Origin: Candidatus Planktophila sp.
GTDB taxonomy: Bacteria; Actinomycetota; Actinomycetes; Nanopelagicales; Nanopelagicaceae
DNA length: 64,000 nt
Assembly: GCA_044348745.1 (NCBI GenBank)
Contig: JBIKSG010000003.1
Direction: 5' to 3' (one strand)
This document shows, in pieces, positions 62,301 to 64,000 of this stretch. A program made the translations under genes and the position numbers. The notes under the pieces are model-generated. The model did not search any database, was not told the origin of the DNA, and saw only the letters and a program-made list of their open reading frames with translations. Position 1 is the first letter of the stretch. Each line of letters starts with the position of its first letter.

Positions 62301-62356
62301 TGGCTCTACCTGCTGGTCGCCGAAAGCGTGAAATATCTGAAAAGGAGCTGGCATGA
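59312..62356 (+). CDS. Large GT2 glycosyltransferase fused to a polytopic membrane domain
   Basis: WLWLIHDD, GPKL, GGFD, DDVDFGWR, many TM helices; typical gene after whiB. Confidence 0.88.
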   Translation: MASLADVDKHRVTAVLVSHNGALWLPEVVAALTSQTRPIDLITAVDTGSEDTSTKLLKSARIPFFVADRETGFGEAVSLAVEKLPKAIEHEWLWLIHDDCAPAPTALAELLSAIDNRPQVVMVGPKLLGWHDRTHLLEAGISIAGNGARWTGLEPFEYDQGQHDGIHDVLSVSTAGALIRRDVFEELGGFDHNLSLFRDDVDFGWRARTAGHSVIAATGAVAFHAQASATERRIIDVEGAFLHRPLLLDRRNAAYVMLANSSWWMLPWIALQLFGSAIARAIGFLLAKLPGYASDEILAFTSLIIRPRKILEARKVRKKQKFVSARVVATYIPPRWSQLRLGTEHLVELVRAKVFPENSTTSISILDSVEDEDLLTPVNTGNWLSIFKRPEVLGFIAITIITLINSRNRFGSLVGGALPSSPSGASDLWSFYLESWHQVGMGSSLATPSWVAVTAIASLVTLGNVQFFITAFFLIAPILMMWSCFNLLKKLTSNSWISIPAALLYALSPVTIAAISSGHIATLVLLIVAPFVALILQDWWSIDIYSWRKIFSVSLLFSLLYAFTLMSFIIALVAAIAISVENYREFALTLDKKLFDERLLKRAALIFVPFLINAPFSFEALVHPSRFFTEPGLLIPGGGPLPVLFGNPGGTGSVPLWLVSPILLILVISLFSSTHARRIAEYGFGALCLAVLVGSLSISTHGNEGAVRVWTGPVLSIATLAAVASGAVMLDRLRETLVLSHIHYRHILSAILLFVTASYAVLAVGYSVTTGADSAVQANRATVMPAFLSVESQTKILVLREVGSANDKKIQYYISRGKDISLGEPDIAPKQNTEIATAARALIDGTGITSSKVLGDYGIEYVFAKSPFKKEIVRSIDGLGGFTRTSATSLGVVWRVTQPTGRLLFVNADGVRSVLEAGEVGARTYVPSAGTLILTESSNRSWQVLQNGYRLDRTNNEMGLPTFEVTEAGEISLIHDGTARRGWLSLQIIFLVVAIVMALPAGRRKREISEKELA

Positions 62357-63657
62357 AACTTGTCCGGCCAGTCAGATTTCTAGCAGTTTTGCTCAGCGTG
62401 CTGGGTATTTCCAGTGTTCTTTCAGTTGCGGTTACTACGCAGAATTTCTCTGAAAGTTATCCAGTTGTAGTGTGTCCGCCAACCCTAGATGGCCTGGGAT
62501 CGCAGATATCTCTTTCCTCCAAGAAAACTCCTTTTCAAAGACTCGAAAATCGCACGACAAAGACAGCACAAGTAAAGGTTTTGCGTTTACCAGTAAACAA
62601 AGATTCTCTAGTCATCACATCTGAGGGCGTAACTCCAGTTGTGTGGCAAAGCAGATCAGGTAGTTGGGCAGGCGGTGCACTGTGTGTAGCGCCAGCCTCT
62701 TCCCAATGGTTTGTTGGTGGTGCTGCAGACGTTACTACTAGAGGTCGACTAATTATTGTCAATAGTGGACTTAGCGATGCAGTTGTTGATGTTGAGAGTT
62801 ACACAGAAAATGGGAAACAGCCATTGCGGACCATAAATGTTTCTTCAAAGAACTACCTTGTGATCCCATTGGATTCGTTAGCTCCGGGAGACAAAACTTT
62901 GACGGTTCATGTTGCACCACGCTCTGGCCGAATAAATGCCTTCATGATTGATGAGCAAGGAAAAGGTTTAAAGGCATTGGGTGGAGATCTTGTGAACGCT
63001 TCCACATCAGCGAGCAAGAGTGTTGTGATCCCAGCAATTCCTAATCAGAATTCAAGAAACACACCAGCCTTGCCTCATACCTTGCGAGTTTTAGCACCGG
63101 GTGATGTTGATGCGAGCATTACGGTCGAAGTTTTATCTGGAGATGGAGTTTTCGTACCTGTTGGATTAAATGCTCGTTCTATTTCTGCTGGAATCGTAAC
63201 TGAGTTCAAACTTGACCCAAACATCACCTCAAAAGTCATGGCAGTCCGAATCACTTCAACAGAACCAGTGATTGCAGGGGTTAAATCCACGACTGTGGCT
63301 ACTGGGAAAAAAGACTTCGTATGGAGTACGGCATCACCTGAGTTAATTCCTCTGACAATGGCTGTTACTGGCTTGGATCCCGCGATCTCTTTTGCAGGTG
63401 AAAGCATTAATGTTGTGTTGAAGGTGACCTTGACCAATGGAAAAGCTGTACAACAAAAAGTTACGGGCGCTGACTTTGCCACTTGGCGCATTCCAGATAA
63501 CGCTCGCTCTTTTACAATCACTAAGGTCGGACCGGAAACATATGCAGGGGCTTTAGTTTCCTCGGTAAACGGATACGGCTACTTCCCAATTGCAGCAGGA
63601 AGCCTTCTGACAAAAATCGAAGTGCCAGATTCAAATATCCGCGTCTTAAATCCCTGA
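62353..63657 (+). CDS. DUF5719-like secreted or membrane-anchored beta-rich protein
   Basis: N-terminal TM, VVCPP, C..P....WFVGG, duplicated Ig-like halves; typical synteny. Confidence 0.75.
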   Translation: MKLVRPVRFLAVLLSVLGISSVLSVAVTTQNFSESYPVVVCPPTLDGLGSQISLSSKKTPFQRLENRTTKTAQVKVLRLPVNKDSLVITSEGVTPVVWQSRSGSWAGGALCVAPASSQWFVGGAADVTTRGRLIIVNSGLSDAVVDVESYTENGKQPLRTINVSSKNYLVIPLDSLAPGDKTLTVHVAPRSGRINAFMIDEQGKGLKALGGDLVNASTSASKSVVIPAIPNQNSRNTPALPHTLRVLAPGDVDASITVEVLSGDGVFVPVGLNARSISAGIVTEFKLDPNITSKVMAVRITSTEPVIAGVKSTTVATGKKDFVWSTASPELIPLTMAVTGLDPAISFAGESINVVLKVTLTNGKAVQQKVTGADFATWRIPDNARSFTITKVGPETYAGALVSSVNGYGYFPIAAGSLLTKIEVPDSNIRVLNP

Positions 63658-63699
63658 TAATCCCAAGATTTGCCGACACCTCCCACTAATGTTGCTCAT

Positions 63700-64000
63700 A
63701 TGAGAACAGTTGGTGGGCGTGGATGTTCACGTGCAGGTTGCAGATCGCAGGCAACCATGACTCTTACCTATGTGTACTCCGAATCGACCGCAGTTGTTGG
63801 TCCGCTTGCAACATTTTCTGAACCCCATGCATACGATTTATGCGCTGTTCATGGAGCACGGCTAAAGGTTCCTCATGGGTGGAATGTCATCAAGCATGAG
63901 CTCGATGGCCAAACACAAGGACCGACAGAAGATGATTTGATGGCGATTGCAGATGCAGTGCGCGAAGTTGCTCTCAAGGAGATTCCTGAAGAAGCACCTG
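63700..64000 (+). CDS. DUF3499-family protein (3'-truncated; missing from the ORF track)
   Basis: Translates MRTVGGRGCSRAGCRSQATMTLTYVYSESTAVVGPLATFSEPHAYDLCAVH..P.GW...DDLMAIADAVRE; -10 TAATGT 7 nt upstream. Confidence 0.9.
   Translation, partial: MRTVGGRGCSRAGCRSQATMTLTYVYSESTAVVGPLATFSEPHAYDLCAVHGARLKVPHGWNVIKHELDGQTQGPTEDDLMAIADAVREVALKEIPEEAP

Noticed and set aside
1-64000. CRISPR arrays, tRNA/rRNA genes, IS elements, prophage or defence systems
   Set aside because: No spaced direct repeats, cloverleafs, transposase, integrase or nuclease motifs seen; no intergenic gap exceeds about 180 bp.

Overview
Very gene-dense, moderate-GC housekeeping region with actinobacterial gene content and order (sucCD-purNH-folD, msiK, whiB, mshB, DUF3117, DUF3499, accD/accE/birA). 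Tiny intergenic spacers and many overlaps suggest a genome-streamlined freshwater actinobacterium (acI / Ca. Nanopelagicales, Planktophila-like; taxonomy is inferred). It holds about 68 CDSs. I saw no rRNA, tRNA, CRISPR array, transposase or prophage gene. The main block is a roughly 16-kb nucleoside uptake and catabolism cluster: a BMP-family ABC transporter, cdd, deoA, add, deoC, a phosphosugar mutase and a split ALDH16-like pair. A three-gene module sits inside it: a CYP107P-like cytochrome P450 lacking the I-helix Thr, a ribokinase, and a nucleoside hydrolase with an altered catalytic motif. This is my best candidate for an undescribed pathway, possibly scavenging modified nucleosides. Other highlights: the msiK RNA motif; pervasive leaderless promoters, including 18-22 bp bidirectional ones; a substrate-binding protein with no lipobox; a stand-alone sigma region-4 protein; a small SH3/Sm-like protein coupled to an atypical CysRS; and a Ugd/LCP/GT2/Wzm-Wzt/SpoIID wall-polymer locus. 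Family assignments come from motif recognition, not database searches.
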